The notes under the pieces: generated by a model
Database searches by the model: none
The model's input: only the letters and a program-made list of their open reading frames with translations
Told to the model about the DNA's origin: nothing
Part shown: one piece after another, positions 8,586 through 18,644 of the stretch
Layout of the letters: every line of letters starts with the position of its first letter
How positions within the stretch are numbered: the stretch's first letter is position 1
Program-made: the position numbers and the translations under genes
Origin: an uncultured Bdellovibrionales bacterium
Lineage (GTDB): Bacteria > Bdellovibrionota_C > UBA2361 > SZUA-149 > DAOLCO01
Direction: 5' to 3'
DNA: 64,000 nucleotides
NCBI GenBank assembly: GCA_964612555.1
Contig: CAZTBW010000004.1
Location: 34,353-98,352 of the forward strand

Positions 8586-9929
8586 CTATCTCCTGATTAG
8601 TTTACCCCCAACCTGGGTGGCACGAGAAGCTCCCCGGACTTTTTGCGCTCCCTTGTCCAGGAATGCTTCATAACTTTTAGCAAGTAAATGCGACTGTATC
8701 TGGGAAACCAGATCCATGGTTACCCCTGCCACAATCAAAATTGCAGTACCACCAAAGAAATAGGAAAAACCTGAAACCCCAATCTGCTCATAATACCACT
8801 GAGGAACAATACAAATAGTGGCAAGATACAAAGATCCCCAGAGGGTAAGGCGATTTAATATTTTAACAAAAAAATCAGCCGTATCTTTTCCGGGACGAAC
8901 AGTAGGCACAAACCCCCCATTCTTCTTTAAATCTTCTGCAATTTTATTCGGGTCGAGCATCAGGGCGGTATAAAAGTAAGTAAAAAATATAATCAAACCA
9001 CCAAACGTAAGCTCATAATAGCCTGAACCCGGGGATATATACGAAAGATACTTGTTAATCCATTCAACATTACCCATCTGAGCAATGGTAGCGGGGAAAA
9101 ACATAAGAGCTGAAGCAAAAATTGGAGGAATAACACCTGCTGAATTGAGTTTAAAAGGCATATGCTGCTGAGCAGTCTGACTCATCATTCTGCCATTCAC
9201 CGCCCTTCTGGGATATTGAACAGGAATCTTTCTTTGAGACCTTTCCACGTACACAATAAATACAACCGTAGCCACTCCAAAAATAAGGGCGCCGAGCATG
9301 TAGGTCGGATTAATACCCCCCTCATTCATCAAACCAAGAGTCTGTAAAAGGGTAGATGGCATTCGCGCGATAATACCGGCAGTAATAATAAGACTCACTC
9401 CATTACCAATACCACGCTCTGTTATCTGCTCTCCCAGCCACATAATAAAGGCAGTACCAGCCGCAAGAGTGATCGCAGTTTTGACAATAAAAAGCGGGCT
9501 GCTATCAGTTACAAGCCCCTGACTTTGTAAACCCGCGCTAATAAACGCCCCTTGCAACAAGGCAAGAACAATAGCACCAATCCGGGTAAAACGAGCAAGT
9601 CTCGTCCTTCCGGATTGTCCCTCATTTGACATATCTTCAAGACTCTTGACCGTTCTCTTTAAAAGCTCCATCACGATGGAGACACTGATATAGGGCATGA
9701 TACCCAAAGCAAGAATTGAAAAATTCTCAATCGCTCCTCCGGAGAACATATTGACCATACCAAAAACGGTAGATGATGCCTGGTCAAACATCTCCTTGAA
9801 CTTTTCTGCGTCAATGCCGGGAACAGGTACGAACACTCCCACCCGATAAATCATTAACATAAAAAGAGTAAAAAGAGCTCTTCTTCTTAACTCTGGTATT
9901 TTTGCAACATTTTGAATTCCCGGAATCAC
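8586..9929 (-). CDS. secY: preprotein translocase subunit SecY
   Basis: 447-aa polytopic protein with a SecY-like sequence throughout. GTG start at 9929. Position between rplO and adk fits. Confidence 0.95.
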   Translation of the reverse strand: MIPGIQNVAKIPELRRRALFTLFMLMIYRVGVFVPVPGIDAEKFKEMFDQASSTVFGMVNMFSGGAIENFSILALGIMPYISVSIVMELLKRTVKSLEDMSNEGQSGRTRLARFTRIGAIVLALLQGAFISAGLQSQGLVTDSSPLFIVKTAITLAAGTAFIMWLGEQITERGIGNGVSLIITAGIIARMPSTLLQTLGLMNEGGINPTYMLGALIFGVATVVFIVYVERSQRKIPVQYPRRAVNGRMMSQTAQQHMPFKLNSAGVIPPIFASALMFFPATIAQMGNVEWINKYLSYISPGSGYYELTFGGLIIFFTYFYTALMLDPNKIAEDLKKNGGFVPTVRPGKDTADFFVKILNRLTLWGSLYLATICIVPQWYYEQIGVSGFSYFFGGTAILIVAGVTMDLVSQIQSHLLAKSYEAFLDKGAQKVRGASRATQVGGKLIRR

Positions 9930-10035
9930 AATAAACCCTTATTACATTTATCAAATTGTATCATATATTATATTATCCGCCCTGAGTTCTATATCCAAGC
10001 AGGCAGAATCATGCAAGAACGCATGCATCAAGAAA

Positions 10036-10065
10036 GAATATGCACCTGAAAAGAGATGCATATTC
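10036..10065 (-). terminator. hairpin followed by UUUCUU between rplO and secY (possible attenuator or partial terminator)
   Basis: The minus strand reads GAAUAUGCA, a 12-nt loop, UGCAUAUUC, then UUUCUUG. The stem is AT-rich and therefore weak. Confidence 0.3.
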
Positions 10066-10076
10066 GACAAAAGAGA

Positions 10077-10559
10077 TCAGGATACAAGCTGTATAACACC
10101 ACCAGCTTTCTCAACGGACTCACGAGCACCCTTGCTGATAGCATGTACTTCAAGGGTAACCTTTTTATTAAGCGCTTCATTACCAAGCACTTTTACTCGT
10201 GGTGCCCCTGATTTGAGGAGTCCTCTTGATTTTAGTACTTCAAGAGAAATAACCCCATCCTGAATTTCTTCCAATAGATCGTTTATTTTGGAAATAGAAA
10301 GGATGCTATAAACATTTTCGCCCATCACTTTCTTTCGAGAAGTAAACCCAACCTTTGGCAGTCTCCTGTGTAAAGACATCTGCCCGCCTTCAAATCCCGG
10401 AGTAGATTTATAACCAGACCTCGCACGATGCCCCTTGTGTCCCTTACCACAGGTCTTACCATTACCACTTCCTTCCCCAATACCAAGCCGCTTTCTTCTG
10501 TGCTTGGAACCCGGGGTTGGTGCAAGTGCACTTAAATTTAATTGCTTATCTGTACTCAT
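10077..10559 (-). CDS. rplO: 50S ribosomal protein L15
   Basis: GSKHRRKRLGIGEGSGNGKTCGKGHKG matches L15. Confidence 0.95.
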   Translation of the reverse strand: MSTDKQLNLSALAPTPGSKHRRKRLGIGEGSGNGKTCGKGHKGHRARSGYKSTPGFEGGQMSLHRRLPKVGFTSRKKVMGENVYSILSISKINDLLEEIQDGVISLEVLKSRGLLKSGAPRVKVLGNEALNKKVTLEVHAISKGARESVEKAGGVIQLVS

Positions 10560-10623
10560 ACCTGCCTGCCAATAATCACTGATATTTTATTCTATCCAAA
10601 TCAACTAACAAAAACACACCAAA

Positions 10624-10854
10624 TCAAGACTTGCTCACTTCTACCATATGCCAGATCTTTCTGAGCTTACCACATAGAGAAGAATTAACTTTCTGAGTTG
10701 TCTCGTGACCGATTCTTCCCAAACCCATAGTCTTAAGCGTTGCACGCTGATCTTTCGGGCGACCAACGTCACTACGTATTTGCCGTATCACTATCGTATC
10801 ACCATCTTTAACATTTATTGGTGAAATGGTTTTAGTATTAGTTTTACTCGCCAT
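10624..10854 (-). CDS. rpmD: 50S ribosomal protein L30 (76 aa, N-terminally extended)
   Basis: IVIRQIRSDVGRPKDQRATLKTMGLGRIG is the L30 core. Position between rpsE and rplO fits. Confidence 0.9.
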   Translation of the reverse strand: MASKTNTKTISPINVKDGDTIVIRQIRSDVGRPKDQRATLKTMGLGRIGHETTQKVNSSLCGKLRKIWHMVEVSKS

Positions 10855-10857
10855 AAT

Positions 10858-11403
10858 CTACGCTCCAAATACCTGATAATTCAATTCGTCAAGCGTCTTG
10901 CCCCTTGCATGAGACAAAGAGGATGGGTCTTCAAGCTGCAACAAACCATCAAGTACCGCAGACAATACGTTATGCGGATTCTGTGAACCAAGACTCTTGG
11001 TGAGAATATCAGAGATACCCACCGCATCAAGAACACTTCTCACCACACTACCCGCAATAACTCCCGTACCAGGACTTGCAGGCTTAAGAAGCACTTTTGC
11101 AGCACCGGACACACCAAGCACTTCATACGGTATGGTAGCTCCCATAAGCGGAACACTTACCAGAGATTTCCTTGCGCCATCACCGGCTTTTCTTATCGCA
11201 TCAGGCACTTCATTTGCTTTTCCAAGACCATACCCAACATGACCCTGTCCATCACCCACCACAACCAGAGCACTGAAACTGAAACGACGTCCACCCTTAA
11301 CTACCTTGGCAACTCTGCTGATAGAAACAACTTTTTCAGTAAGCTCACCTACTTCCTGCTGAGCAACTTTTCTCCCCTGCGGTCTTGGATATTTTGCACC
11401 CAT
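10858..11403 (-). CDS. rpsE: 30S ribosomal protein S5
   Basis: [27 protein letters not shown] matches S5. Confidence 0.96.
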   Translation of the reverse strand: MGAKYPRPQGRKVAQQEVGELTEKVVSISRVAKVVKGGRRFSFSALVVVGDGQGHVGYGLGKANEVPDAIRKAGDGARKSLVSVPLMGATIPYEVLGVSGAAKVLLKPASPGTGVIAGSVVRSVLDAVGISDILTKSLGSQNPHNVLSAVLDGLLQLEDPSSLSHARGKTLDELNYQVFGA

Positions 11404-11473
11404 AACTCTCTATACCCTGTTTTTACTTCCTGATTACTATACTAACTGTCTCTATACTATTTAAAATATAAAA

Positions 11474-11851
11474 CTAAAATCTAAGACCACCCTCTCTTGC
11501 ACCGTCAGCAACCGCGGCAACCCGACCGTGATAGACGTACCCATTCCTGTCAAACACTACCGACTCGATCTTGTTATCCTTTGCAAGCTTTGCAATTTCT
11601 TTTCCAAGCAGCTTTGCTCCTTCAACAGAACCTCTTCCGGCAGAAGTACCGCTCTCACCTGTGAGATCAAGAGTTCTGGTAGAAGCAGAACCAATCACTT
11701 TTCCACTGTCATCAGAGATCAACTGCGCATAGGTGTACTTAAGACTTTTATAAACACATAAACGCGGCTTGGAATCCACCCCTACTACCGATCTTCGTAC
11801 ACGTTTCTGCCTTTTAAGTCTGGACTCGTGTTTCTTTTTTATAATACTCAT
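11474..11851 (-). CDS. rplR: 50S ribosomal protein L18
   Basis: RLKRQKRVRRSV...PRLCVYKSLKYTYAQLI matches L18. The track ORF begins at a TTG (11872). I place the start at the ATG at 11851 (MSIIKKK). Confidence 0.93.
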   Translation of the reverse strand: MSIIKKKHESRLKRQKRVRRSVVGVDSKPRLCVYKSLKYTYAQLISDDSGKVIGSASTRTLDLTGESGTSAGRGSVEGAKLLGKEIAKLAKDNKIESVVFDRNGYVYHGRVAAVADGAREGGLRF

Positions 11852-11910
11852 ATCTACACCCTGGTGTTTCAAAAACTACGCTTCACTCAAACAAAGCGCC
11901 CTGTTACATA

Positions 11911-12459
11911 TTATTTCTTACCTGACTTACCCGCTTTTAGCTTCACCACTTCATCCTTGTACCTTACCCCTTTACCCTTGTACGGCTCAGGAGGTCTAAG
12001 GGAACGTATCTGGGCAGCCACCTGACCAACCAACTGTCTGTCAGCAGACTCAAGTCGTATAAAAACATCCCGTCCCTCTTTCACCACTGATGCTTTCACC
12101 GCATCAGGCACCGCATAATCAATCGGATGAGAATATCCAAGAGAGAGGGTAATGTTCTTCCCACTCTGCTCAGCCCGATACCCGGTACCGACAAGAGAAA
12201 GCTCCTTCACAAACCCCTCAGAAACACCCTTTACCATGTTTGCGGTAAGTGCCCGCTCCATACCATGAAAAGCGTTCGACTTTGTATCTTCAGCTAATGG
12301 CGAAAGATAAATCTTGCCGTCTTCCATCTTTATCTGAATTTCCGGACGAAGCTCTCTCTCAAGCTTCCCCTTAGGTCCTTCCACCTTTAAGAGCTGCCCT
12401 GCAATATAAGCAGTAACCCCTTTTGGTACATCGATTGGCTGTTTACCTACTCTTGACAT
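11911..12459 (-). CDS. rplF: 50S ribosomal protein L6
   Basis: MSRVGKQPIDVPKGV matches L6. Confidence 0.96.
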   Translation of the reverse strand: MSRVGKQPIDVPKGVTAYIAGQLLKVEGPKGKLERELRPEIQIKMEDGKIYLSPLAEDTKSNAFHGMERALTANMVKGVSEGFVKELSLVGTGYRAEQSGKNITLSLGYSHPIDYAVPDAVKASVVKEGRDVFIRLESADRQLVGQVAAQIRSLRPPEPYKGKGVRYKDEVVKLKAGKSGKK

Positions 12460-12511
12460 ACTGATTACCTATTTCTTAACTAAAAAATCAAACCACAAAC
12501 TAAAAATCAAA

Positions 12512-12910
12512 CTAATATACGGAGCACACAAGCTCACCGCCTACCCCTTCTTTTCTTGCCTCACGATCACTGAGCATCCCTTTTGAAGTAGAAACTATCA
12601 CCACACCAAGACCTCCACGGATACGAGGAATCTCCTCACATCGTACATACTGTCTCTTTCCCGGAGAGCTTATTCTCTCAATACCTCTAATGACAGGCTT
12701 ACCTCTTTGATCATACTTCAGAGAAGCACGCAGAATCGGCTTGTTATTATCATCGGTATCCGAAACCACTCGCGCCAGAAAGCCTTCAGCTTCAAGCAGC
12801 TTAAGTATTCGCTCCTTTGATCTGGACGCAGGCACGGTCACCACCGGATGCCCAACCCTTTGAGCATTTCTGATTCTTGTTAGTAAGTCAGCAATTTGAT
12901 CAGTAACCAC
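12512..12910 (-). CDS. rpsH: 30S ribosomal protein S8
   Basis: VTDQIADLLTRIRNA matches S8. GTG start preceded by GAGGT. Confidence 0.95.
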   Translation of the reverse strand: MVTDQIADLLTRIRNAQRVGHPVVTVPASRSKERILKLLEAEGFLARVVSDTDDNNKPILRASLKYDQRGKPVIRGIERISSPGKRQYVRCEEIPRIRGGLGVVIVSTSKGMLSDREARKEGVGGELVCSVY

Positions 12911-12947
12911 AAATACCTCGTATTAATTCCTTAACCAGTTTATTCCA

Positions 12948-13502
12948 CTACTGCACGTTCTGTTTTTTTCTAAAAGGAAATCCCATCTCTTCAAGTAGAG
13001 CTTTCCCCTCTTCATCCGTCTTTGCAGAAGTAACAAAAGTCACACTTAATCCCCTCAATTGAGTCTTTTCAAGATCAATCTCAGGAAAAATAATCTGTTC
13101 TGAAATACCCAACGAATAATTTCCATTTCCGTCAAAACTGTTCGCGGGGATACCTCTAAAGTCTCTAACCCGTGGAAGCGCAATAGTAATCAAGCGATCT
13201 ACAAACTCGTACATACGCTTTTTTCTCAAAGTAACGCTCACTCCGATAGGAACTCCTTCACGAAGTTTGAAGTTTGCAATTGATTTTTTCGCTTTTCGAA
13301 TTACGGGTTTCTGTCCGGAAATAGCCGTAAGGTCAGCCACCGCAGTGTCAATCAACTTTGGATTTACGGTTGCCGCTCCAAGACCCATGTTCAAAACCAC
13401 TTTTTCAAGCTTGGGCACCTGAAAAGGATTTGAATAGGAAAACCTTTCCTTAAGCTTTCCCACAATTTCGTTCTTGTACATTTCTTGAAATCGAACTTCC
13501 AT
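12948..13502 (-). CDS. rplE: 50S ribosomal protein L5
   Basis: [22 protein letters not shown] matches L5. Confidence 0.96.
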   Translation of the reverse strand: MEVRFQEMYKNEIVGKLKERFSYSNPFQVPKLEKVVLNMGLGAATVNPKLIDTAVADLTAISGQKPVIRKAKKSIANFKLREGVPIGVSVTLRKKRMYEFVDRLITIALPRVRDFRGIPANSFDGNGNYSLGISEQIIFPEIDLEKTQLRGLSVTFVTSAKTDEEGKALLEEMGFPFRKKQNVQ

Positions 13503-13542
13503 AATCGCCTCTTTTACGAATCAGCCTTAAATCAATGCTTCA

Positions 13543-13941
13543 CTAATCAATAGCTACAAATTTCTTATCCTCAGGATTAACAAAACCCCGAACTTTTTTT
13601 CCATCACCTTCAACTTGCACTTTCAAACGAAACGGTCTTTTGTGCGTCTCGCTGTAGTACATAACATTGGAGATCGCGATCGAACCTTCCTTCACCACAA
13701 TACCACTTTCTTCCTGACTGTTGGATGCTCTCTTATGTCTTTTAATAAAGTTCAAGCCCTCAACAATCACACGACCCTTCTTGGGGAAAATCGATTTCAA
13801 GGTTCCCACCTGACCTTTCAGGGTCTTCCCTTTAATCTTGTTACCACCGGCAAGAATCATAACCCTGTCACCAACCTTAAGGTCAGTCTTGAAAGGCACT
13901 CTGTCTTTACTGATATTGGAACTTTCAACCAAAGCTTTCAT
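13543..13941 (-). CDS. rplX: 50S ribosomal protein L24 (132 aa, N-terminal extension of about 20 aa)
   Basis: [25 protein letters not shown] is the KOW core. ATG lies 3 nt after the rplN stop. Confidence 0.93.
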   Translation of the reverse strand: MKALVESSNISKDRVPFKTDLKVGDRVMILAGGNKIKGKTLKGQVGTLKSIFPKKGRVIVEGLNFIKRHKRASNSQEESGIVVKEGSIAISNVMYYSETHKRPFRLKVQVEGDGKKVRGFVNPEDKKFVAID

Positions 13942-13944
13942 TTG

Positions 13945-14313
13945 CTATAGCACCTCCGGCGCAAGTGAAATAATTTTCATAAAGTCCTTACCCCGAAGCT
14001 CTCTGGCTACAGGTCCAAAAATTCTATTTCCAATCGGCTCTTTCTGGTTATTGAGAAGCACCGCTGAATTTGTGTCGAACCTGATAAGTGAACCATCAGG
14101 TCTTGCGATCTCCTTGGATGTTCTGACCACTACCGCCTTATGAACATCTCCCTTTTTAACTTTTGAGTTAGGCATAGCGTCCTTAATGGAAACAACGATC
14201 ATATCACCAACACTTGCATACCTTCTCTTGGAACCACCAAGCACCTTAATACACATAACCCGCTTCGCACCTGAGTTATCTGCAACGTCTAATATTGTCT
14301 GCTGCTGAATCAT
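13945..14313 (-). CDS. rplN: 50S ribosomal protein L14
   Basis: [28 protein letters not shown] matches L14. Confidence 0.97.
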   Translation of the reverse strand: MIQQQTILDVADNSGAKRVMCIKVLGGSKRRYASVGDMIVVSIKDAMPNSKVKKGDVHKAVVVRTSKEIARPDGSLIRFDTNSAVLLNNQKEPIGNRIFGPVARELRGKDFMKIISLAPEVL

Positions 14314-14363
14314 ACCGTCACCTTAAAAACTACTTGCCTCTAAAAACTAAAACACCGCCTAAA

Positions 14364-14654
14364 CTATACTGCACGCTCTACAATTTTCTGAAGTCTCCAT
14401 CTCTTGTTCTTACTCAAAGGACGACTTTCCTTAATAAGAACCTTGTCACCAATGTTGCACTCTTCATTCTCATCATGCGCCATAAACTTGGTAGTAGTCC
14501 TGACAAATTTCCCATACTCCGGGTGTTTCTTGTAGGTCTGCACCGCCACCACTATGGATTTCTGCATTTTGTTACTTACTACAACCCCTTCCTGAACCTT
14601 TCTGTTCCCCCCGGGTGAGTTCTTTGATGATTCCTGTGCAGCTTCCTGTCCCAT
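14364..14654 (-). CDS. rpsQ: 30S ribosomal protein S17 (N-terminally extended)
   Basis: [29 protein letters not shown] is the S17 core. Confidence 0.94.
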   Translation of the reverse strand: MGQEAAQESSKNSPGGNRKVQEGVVVSNKMQKSIVVAVQTYKKHPEYGKFVRTTTKFMAHDENEECNIGDKVLIKESRPLSKNKRWRLQKIVERAV

Positions 14655-14679
14655 ACTAATTTGTGCCTATATAAATAAA

Positions 14680-14898
14680 TTATCGCGCTATCGCTTCAGT
14701 AATAGCTTTTTCCTTAATAATTGTTTCGATTCTTGCGATCTTCTTCCTTAATTTTCCAATCCGGGAAGTATCAGGTATCTGATTAACCGACTTACGAAAC
14801 CTGAGATTCAAAAGCTCCTTTTCCGCAGCACCTCTCTCCTCAAGAAGATCTGAAGCATCCTTATCTCTCAAACTTTTTAATTCATCTCTGGATTTCAT
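14680..14898 (-). CDS. rpmC: 50S ribosomal protein L29
   Basis: 72 aa. ELLNLRFRKSVNQIPDTSRI matches L29. Position fits. Confidence 0.93.
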   Translation of the reverse strand: MKSRDELKSLRDKDASDLLEERGAAEKELLNLRFRKSVNQIPDTSRIGKLRKKIARIETIIKEKAITEAIAR

Positions 14899-14930
14899 AC
14901 GTTCCTCAACAATACCTTGCTATAAACTTA

Positions 14931-15359
14931 CTATAAAATAGTATTCTGACGACGAGTAACCACTCTCGTCTTTACCGGTAACTTGGCTCCGGCAAGTGTG
15001 AGCGCTTCATGCGCAGTCTTCTCATCAACACCCTTGATCTCATAAATGATTCTTCCCGCTCTCACCTCAGCAACCCACTTCTCAGGTGAACCCTTACCTT
15101 TACCCATACGAACCTCAGCAGGTTTCTTGGTAAGCGGTTTATCCGGAAATACCCTTATCCAGATACGACCACCCCTTTTAAGGCGTCTGTTAATGGCAAT
15201 ACGAGCAGACTCAATCTGCCTGTTCGTAATCCACTCACCCTCAAGCGCCATCAGACCATAATCACCAAAGGCAACTCCCGTCCCTCTTGTTTCAACACCA
15301 TACAGATGGTTAGCCTGTTTCATCTGTTTTCTATGTCTTACTCTTTTTGGTGATAACAT
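14931..15359 (-). CDS. rplP: 50S ribosomal protein L16
   Basis: [14 protein letters not shown]...[28 protein letters not shown] matches L16. Confidence 0.97.
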   Translation of the reverse strand: MLSPKRVRHRKQMKQANHLYGVETRGTGVAFGDYGLMALEGEWITNRQIESARIAINRRLKRGGRIWIRVFPDKPLTKKPAEVRMGKGKGSPEKWVAEVRAGRIIYEIKGVDEKTAHEALTLAGAKLPVKTRVVTRRQNTIL

Positions 15360-15419
15360 ATCCGCCTGCCTATACTATAACTAAACTACCATCACGTAAT
15401 TCTTCTCTAACCAGACTGC

Positions 15420-16061
15420 CTACGCAGCATCCAGCTCCTCAGACTCTTCCCCAAGAAACACCCACACTTTCACTCCTATGATTCCATAGGTAGTAAGCGC
15501 TTCTGAAAAACCATAATGAATCTTTGCACGAAGAGTATGAAGCGGAACCCGCCCATCTCTTGACCACTCAGTTCGGGCAATATCAGTTCCACCCAATCGA
15601 CCCGCAACAGAAACCTTGATACCCTCGGCACCCATTCTCATTGCCTTTCCAATTGAATCTTTCATCGCACGACGAAACGCAACCCGCCTCACCAACTGAT
15701 TTGCAATGTTCTCAGCAATAAGCTGAGCATCAATATCAGGCTTTCTTATTTCAATCGGATTAATGGTAACATCACGACCCACGATCTTTTTAAGATCTGC
15801 TCTCAAATCTTCAATGTTCTTACCATCTCTCCCGATTAAAAGCCCCGGACGAGCAGTTCGAATATTAATAGTAACCCTACTCGCAGCCCTCTTGATCTCG
15901 ATATCAGATATACCCGCACCTGAAAGTTTCTTTAAAAGATACTTTCGCAACTCAAAATCCTGCTTAAGTTGCTCGGCATACCCCTTTCCTCGATACCATT
16001 TCGACTTCCAGGTTTCTGTAACTCCTAATCGAAACCCGTATGGATGAACTTTCTGACCCAT
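15420..16061 (-). CDS. rpsC: 30S ribosomal protein S3
   Basis: [14 protein letters not shown] matches S3. Confidence 0.97.
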   Translation of the reverse strand: MGQKVHPYGFRLGVTETWKSKWYRGKGYAEQLKQDFELRKYLLKKLSGAGISDIEIKRAASRVTINIRTARPGLLIGRDGKNIEDLRADLKKIVGRDVTINPIEIRKPDIDAQLIAENIANQLVRRVAFRRAMKDSIGKAMRMGAEGIKVSVAGRLGGTDIARTEWSRDGRVPLHTLRAKIHYGFSEALTTYGIIGVKVWVFLGEESEELDAA

Positions 16062-16114
16062 TTAGTATATTCCTATTAACTTTATTAAACTGCCTTCTCT
16101 AAAAAATAAAAACC

Positions 16115-16477
16115 CTACGCCTCATCAAGCATAATGGTTATGTGACTTCTTCTTTTAATAATTGGGGAGGCTGAACCTCTCGCTCTTGGCATGGAACGCT
16201 TAAACCCGGGAGCTTCATTCACCCATGCCGATTTAACCATCAAATCATCAACATCTATATCACTATGTTGTGACTGCGCGTTGGCAACAGCTGAAAGTAA
16301 CAACTTCTCAACTATCGGTGCCGTCTTTTTGTCGCACGTAGCAAGCAACTGAAGCGCGTCCGAAACAGACTTTCCACGAACCAAATCAATAACAAGACGT
16401 GCCTTCTGAGGAGAAACTTTGAAGTTTCTAAGAATCGCCTTTGAAACACATCCATTTTGTAACTGCTGCTCTGCCAT
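16115..16477 (-). CDS. rplV: 50S ribosomal protein L22
   Basis: RNFKVSPQKARLVIDLVRGKSVSDAL matches L22. Confidence 0.95.
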   Translation of the reverse strand: MAEQQLQNGCVSKAILRNFKVSPQKARLVIDLVRGKSVSDALQLLATCDKKTAPIVEKLLLSAVANAQSQHSDIDVDDLMVKSAWVNEAPGFKRSMPRARGSASPIIKRRSHITIMLDEA

Positions 16478-16488
16478 AAATCACCTAA

Positions 16489-16755
16489 TTATTTTCCACC
16501 ACCTGCATGTTTGGTAAACAATCTGGTCGGAGCAAACTCACCAAGTTTGTGACCCACCATATTTTCACTAACAAATACCGGTAAAAACTTTTTGCCATTA
16601 TGTACCGCAAAAGTAAGTCCAACCATTTCAGGAGTAACGGTAGAACGCCTTGACCATGTCTTAATGGGACCCTTGTGCGCCCCTTCTTTTGCTCTCTTTA
16701 CCCACTTGAGCAAACTATTATCAACGAATGGACCCTTTTTAACTGAACGAGGCAT
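16489..16755 (-). CDS. rpsS: 30S ribosomal protein S19
   Basis: [12 protein letters not shown]...[10 protein letters not shown] matches S19. Confidence 0.97.
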   Translation of the reverse strand: MPRSVKKGPFVDNSLLKWVKRAKEGAHKGPIKTWSRRSTVTPEMVGLTFAVHNGKKFLPVFVSENMVGHKLGEFAPTRLFTKHAGGGK

Positions 16756-16764
16756 AACGCTATC

Positions 16765-17586
16765 CTATTTCCTTCTTCGAACAATAAACTTGGTAGTACG
16801 CTTGTTTTTTCTGGTTTTCTTACCCTTTGTAGGAGTTCCCCATGGGCTCACCGGATGTCTACCACCGGATGTTTTACCCTCACCACCACCATGCGGGTGA
16901 TCTACCGGGTTCATCGCAACACCACGTACCTTTGGACGTTTTCCTCTCCAACGATTCACCCCGGCTTTACCAAGACTCACGTTTGCATGATCGGAATTAC
17001 CAACGGTACCGATCGTCGCCATACAAGTAAGAAGAACCATTCTTTGCTCACCAGAGGGCATACGAAGCTGAGCATATTTCCCAATCTTCGCCATGAGCTG
17101 AGCAGCATTTCCCGCACTTCGTACAAGCTTCGCACCTCCTCCGGGACGGAGCTCGATATTGTGCAGAACCTCACCAACCGGAATATCAGAAAGCGCAAGC
17201 GCATTTCCCGGTTTAATCTCCGCACCAGGACCTGATGAAACCACCACACCCACTTCAAGCCCCTGTGGAGAAATAATGTATCTCTTTTCACCGTCCGCGT
17301 ACTGAAGAAGTGCAATTCGGGCACTTCGATTCGGGTCATATTCCACCCCTACCACACGAGCAGGTATTCCGAACTTCTCTCGTTTAAAATCAATTATTCG
17401 ATACTTCTTCTTGTGACCCCCTCCACGACGACGAACCGTAATTCTTCCATTCGCATTACGTCCATCAATCCTGTTTTTCTTAACAAGAAGCGACTTTTCG
17501 GGCGTAGATTTAGTAATATCACTGTTATCCAGTGCTATCTTCCCTCTCTGCCCAGGTGTCATGGGTCGATATTGCTTAAGTCCCAT
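16765..17586 (-). CDS. rplB: 50S ribosomal protein L2
   Basis: [22 protein letters not shown]...[13 protein letters not shown] matches L2. Confidence 0.97.
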   Translation of the reverse strand: MGLKQYRPMTPGQRGKIALDNSDITKSTPEKSLLVKKNRIDGRNANGRITVRRRGGGHKKKYRIIDFKREKFGIPARVVGVEYDPNRSARIALLQYADGEKRYIISPQGLEVGVVVSSGPGAEIKPGNALALSDIPVGEVLHNIELRPGGGAKLVRSAGNAAQLMAKIGKYAQLRMPSGEQRMVLLTCMATIGTVGNSDHANVSLGKAGVNRWRGKRPKVRGVAMNPVDHPHGGGEGKTSGGRHPVSPWGTPTKGKKTRKNKRTTKFIVRRRK

Positions 17587-17608
17587 AAAGTTATCTACCT
17601 ACCGTAAA

Positions 17609-17914
17609 CTACAATCCTTCAATAATATCTAATGAATTACCCTCTTTAAGGGTAACGTATGCTTTTTTGTGCGCTCCTTTACTTGAAAGAAGTGAACCTC
17701 TTTTCTGCTTGCCCGCGCGAGGAGCCACAAGTGTCCTCACCTTTGCAACCTTTACATCAAACACTTGCTCAACTGCGCTCTTGATTTCAATCTTGTTAGC
17801 TTTCGGGTGCACATTAAACACCATCGCAGAACCAGTGCTGCCAACCGTAGCAGACTTCTCGGTAACTCTCGGAGTCAACAAAATCTTATGCGCTCTGTCC
17901 TTGATACTTCCCAT
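17609..17914 (-). CDS. rplW: 50S ribosomal protein L23
   Basis: 101 aa. LLTPRVTEKS...VFNVHPKANKIEIKSAVEQVFDVKV matches L23. Confidence 0.94.
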   Translation of the reverse strand: MGSIKDRAHKILLTPRVTEKSATVGSTGSAMVFNVHPKANKIEIKSAVEQVFDVKVAKVRTLVAPRAGKQKRGSLLSSKGAHKKAYVTLKEGNSLDIIEGL

Positions 17915-17926
17915 AAATCCTCGCTT

Positions 17927-18577
17927 TTATCCTTCCATCCTGCTTTCGAATTCTTTAAGACCGGCTTCTGTAAAAAGTATATACTCGGAATTAACCACAT
18001 CGTAGGTAGTAACTCCGTTTGCAGAAAGAGGCTTAACTCTATCAATGTTTCTGGTGCTTTTTATTCCGACAACATCATTCTCACCAACTACAAGAAGAGT
18101 CTTTTTCCCTTCAAGACCGATTTTTCCAAGTGTTGTTGCTGCCGCTTTTGTCTTTGGCTCACTAAAACCAAATTCAGTCAGAGCATAGCACTTTCCTTCG
18201 CTTACTCTGCTGGAGAGCGCACCACAAAGAACTTTCTTTTTAAGCTTCTTGTTTAAGGAGAACTCATAACTTCTTGGCTTTGGACCATGAGCAACTCCAC
18301 CACCAACCCACACCGGGGAAGTGTTAGAACCGGAACGTGCCTTACCAAGCCCTTTCTGCCTCCATGGCTTCTTACCACCACCACTGGCTTCTGCACGGGT
18401 CTTCACCTTGTGAGTCCCCGCTCTCCACTTGGCACGCTGCCATCTGATAACTTCATGGATAAGACCTGAACGAACACGCACCCCGAAAATCGACACATGC
18501 ACAGGTCGGCTTCCCACTTCAGCACCGGAAGCATCAAACAATTTAATCTCAAGCTTTTCACTCATACTAAACTCCAT
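17927..18577 (-). CDS. rplD: 50S ribosomal protein L4
   Basis: RAGTHKVKTRAEASGGGKKPWRQKGLGKARSGS matches L4. The track ORF starts at a TTG (18595). The ATG at 18577 is preceded by GAGGT; the ATG at 18565 is also possible. Confidence 0.92.
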   Translation of the reverse strand: MEFSMSEKLEIKLFDASGAEVGSRPVHVSIFGVRVRSGLIHEVIRWQRAKWRAGTHKVKTRAEASGGGKKPWRQKGLGKARSGSNTSPVWVGGGVAHGPKPRSYEFSLNKKLKKKVLCGALSSRVSEGKCYALTEFGFSEPKTKAAATTLGKIGLEGKKTLLVVGENDVVGIKSTRNIDRVKPLSANGVTTYDVVNSEYILFTEAGLKEFESRMEG

Positions 18578-18644
18578 TCCACATACCTCACGCAAAAAAA
18601 CTGTCTGCTGAGGGACTTATGAGACAACTCCAAAACTTACGTTC

